From assembly GCA_011109175.1 (NCBI GenBank), contig RDEW01000013.1:1339773-1403772 (forward strand): DNA of 64,000 nucleotides. Direction: 5' to 3'. Each line of letters starts with the position of its first letter. Position 1 is the first letter of the stretch. This document shows, piece after piece, positions 62,257 through 64,000 of the stretch. The notes under the pieces are model-generated. The model saw only the letters and a program-made list of their open reading frames with translations, was not told where the DNA came from and did no database searches. Both the position numbers and the translations under genes were made by a program. The stretch comes from Dicyema japonicum (taxonomy: Eukaryota; Animalia; Dicyemida).

Positions 62257-63250
62257 AGTAATAATTTTATATTATAAATTAATTTATCCACATTTTTATT
62301 AAGATTTTCATCAAGAACTTCATTTTGGTGAAAACCTCAAAATTGTGGAATTTCCGCCCCATTTCTGGTTCTGACTGTATTATGTTGTATTTAAGTTGGA
62401 TTTGACTCTTAAATACTTTCTATTATTGAAAGTGTAATTGTCATCAAAACTTGCCTATTTTATTTCCAAAAAGAGAATTTCATATAATCTATGTTTACAG
62501 ATTAGTGATATCATTTTAATATGGTTTACTATAGCTGGTGAAAATAATCCTTTTACAGATGTTAACTGTCTCTCAACATCATCTTACCTAATAACTCCAA
62601 ACAGCTGATAGACGTCTTTACTGTTTATAAAACATTCCTAATTACAATGACTTGTCATCGTGTGTCCTTTTGCAGCTAATTTGTTAATATATTATCTAAT
62701 TAGTGAAATTAATTTAAAGACAACTCCTAGTTGTGACACTGTCAACATCATAATGTCAATTCTAGTTATTTTTGTTATAAGTTTATCAAAACCACAATTA
62801 AATAACAATAATGTTTAAAGATTAGAGACTTAAGACTCTACGTGGAGGATCTCTGATAGCGACCCAATATGGCTTCCAACGTGTTCGCAAACCTGGAGTT
62901 AATTTCACTTCAAAGTTAAGCACAAGTGTCCAAATTAACAAATTTCAAGTCAGTATTTTTGTTTATTCAACGTTTTGTAGTAAACTCGTAAATTCGATGT
63001 CTCTAACTTCCAAGTTTATTCATTCACTTTAGAAGAATGAAGTCCAAGTTGATAATCCTCACAAGCTAAAATGTATTTCGAATCAATCACCTCCCCCATG
63101 CTCATGGGAGGAAGGGAGAGTTTCATATATCATAAAGCTAGGTAGACATTTCATCCAATGAGGTATGCCTTATCCTCAACCTTTGACCATATATGTATAT
63201 GTGAGTATTATTTCATATCTTACGACCTCCACTAACTTAGTGAGGTAGAC

Positions 63251-63367
63251 CAGTGATCCCCAACTTTTTTGTTGCTGCGGCTTGGAGGTAGATTGTTTAC
63301 TTACAATTTACATATACCATCGTATCAATTGGTCTACAGATCTGCGGCCCGTCGGTTGGAATCACTG
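63251..63367. mobile_element. hAT (Charlie-like) MITE
   Basis: TIRs cagtgatccccaac / gttggaatcactg; both 8-bp flanks contain TAG. Related ends near 18321, 38697 and 39962. Confidence 0.7.
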
Positions 63368-64000
63368 CGTTAGGTAACATAAAAGCGCGAGAATTTCTTT
63401 TGATTTGATAAAAAGATTTGGTGTGCAGTCCTCTTGACTATCCAATCTACCAGTTTTCTCCATGTAACTTTCCTCCTCGAACGTCGTCGCAGTTCATCTA
63501 GGAAAGGACTTGTGTTTAGTGTTCGATGTGGGTCTTTTGAAATTGAAAGTTGCAACCGTAAAGGGGTAGAATAGACAGACTGAGATTACGATAAGGACAG
63601 ATATTATTAGAGCCGTGTCAACCACTCACTCAACATATTGATCAATCAAGAACCAGTTTCCTACTATTGAAGAGGCAGGGGGTAAATAGATGAGGAATTA
63701 TAAGATAAATGTATTTATGTGATAAAGCTCTTCACCTCTTAACATTCTAACCAATGGGGTGACTAGTTTTCACAAATGACCCCATTAGGAAAATGTTGTG
63801 GTGGACTTTCTAATAAAACGGTAAAGACAATCCTTGAGAAGATAATGACTTTCTGTGAGAATCTTTTGGTCTGCGGATCAAATCAATTGAGGAGAGACTC
63901 CAGTGAAGAGTCAAGGCTTTCCAAGGAAGGACCATGTCATCCGAAAGTCCATCAACTATAACTTAACTAGTCGAATGACTTAGAAACAATCAATCCGAGG

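Noticed and set aside
62280-62810. Fifth LAMP-like paralog
   Set aside because: AT-rich with similar composition but lacks the family's KTDN..FTGN and TM-YxxL motifs.

Overview
AT-rich eukaryotic nuclear DNA, most likely from a ciliated metazoan with miniature spliceosomal introns (21-30 nt, GT..AG). The conserved genes read in the standard code. This combination fits a dicyemid mesozoan best, but that is inference. The supplied ORF track fragments the host genes because of the microintrons, so I re-spliced them by hand. Recognisable genes are CCDC51/MITOK (-), RPS27 (+), the mitochondrial 2-oxoglutarate/malate carrier SLC25A11 (-, 8 microintrons), a CFAP107-like ciliary protein (+), a predicted N-myristoylated globin (-) and an M12B metalloprotease pseudogene (-). 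Four dispersed paralogs encode a LAMP-domain-like type I membrane glycoprotein whose Ser/Thr stalk is built from 1-4 symmetric exon modules. Much of the rest is transposon debris: RTE-like LINEs, Jockey/I-like LINEs, CRE-like and R4/NeSL-like elements, two tRNA-headed SINEs, a non-autonomous LINE derivative with an HDV-like fold, a Ginger-type DNA transposon, a Helitron, pogo/Tigger remnants and a hAT MITE. One near-intact 3-kb RTE copy sits inside a 27-nt intron of a LAMP-like gene. A tRNA-Leu gene is split by nested insertions. Many single-base indels fall in homopolymer runs, so intact-versus-pseudogene calls are provisional. Boundaries of degenerate elements are approximate.
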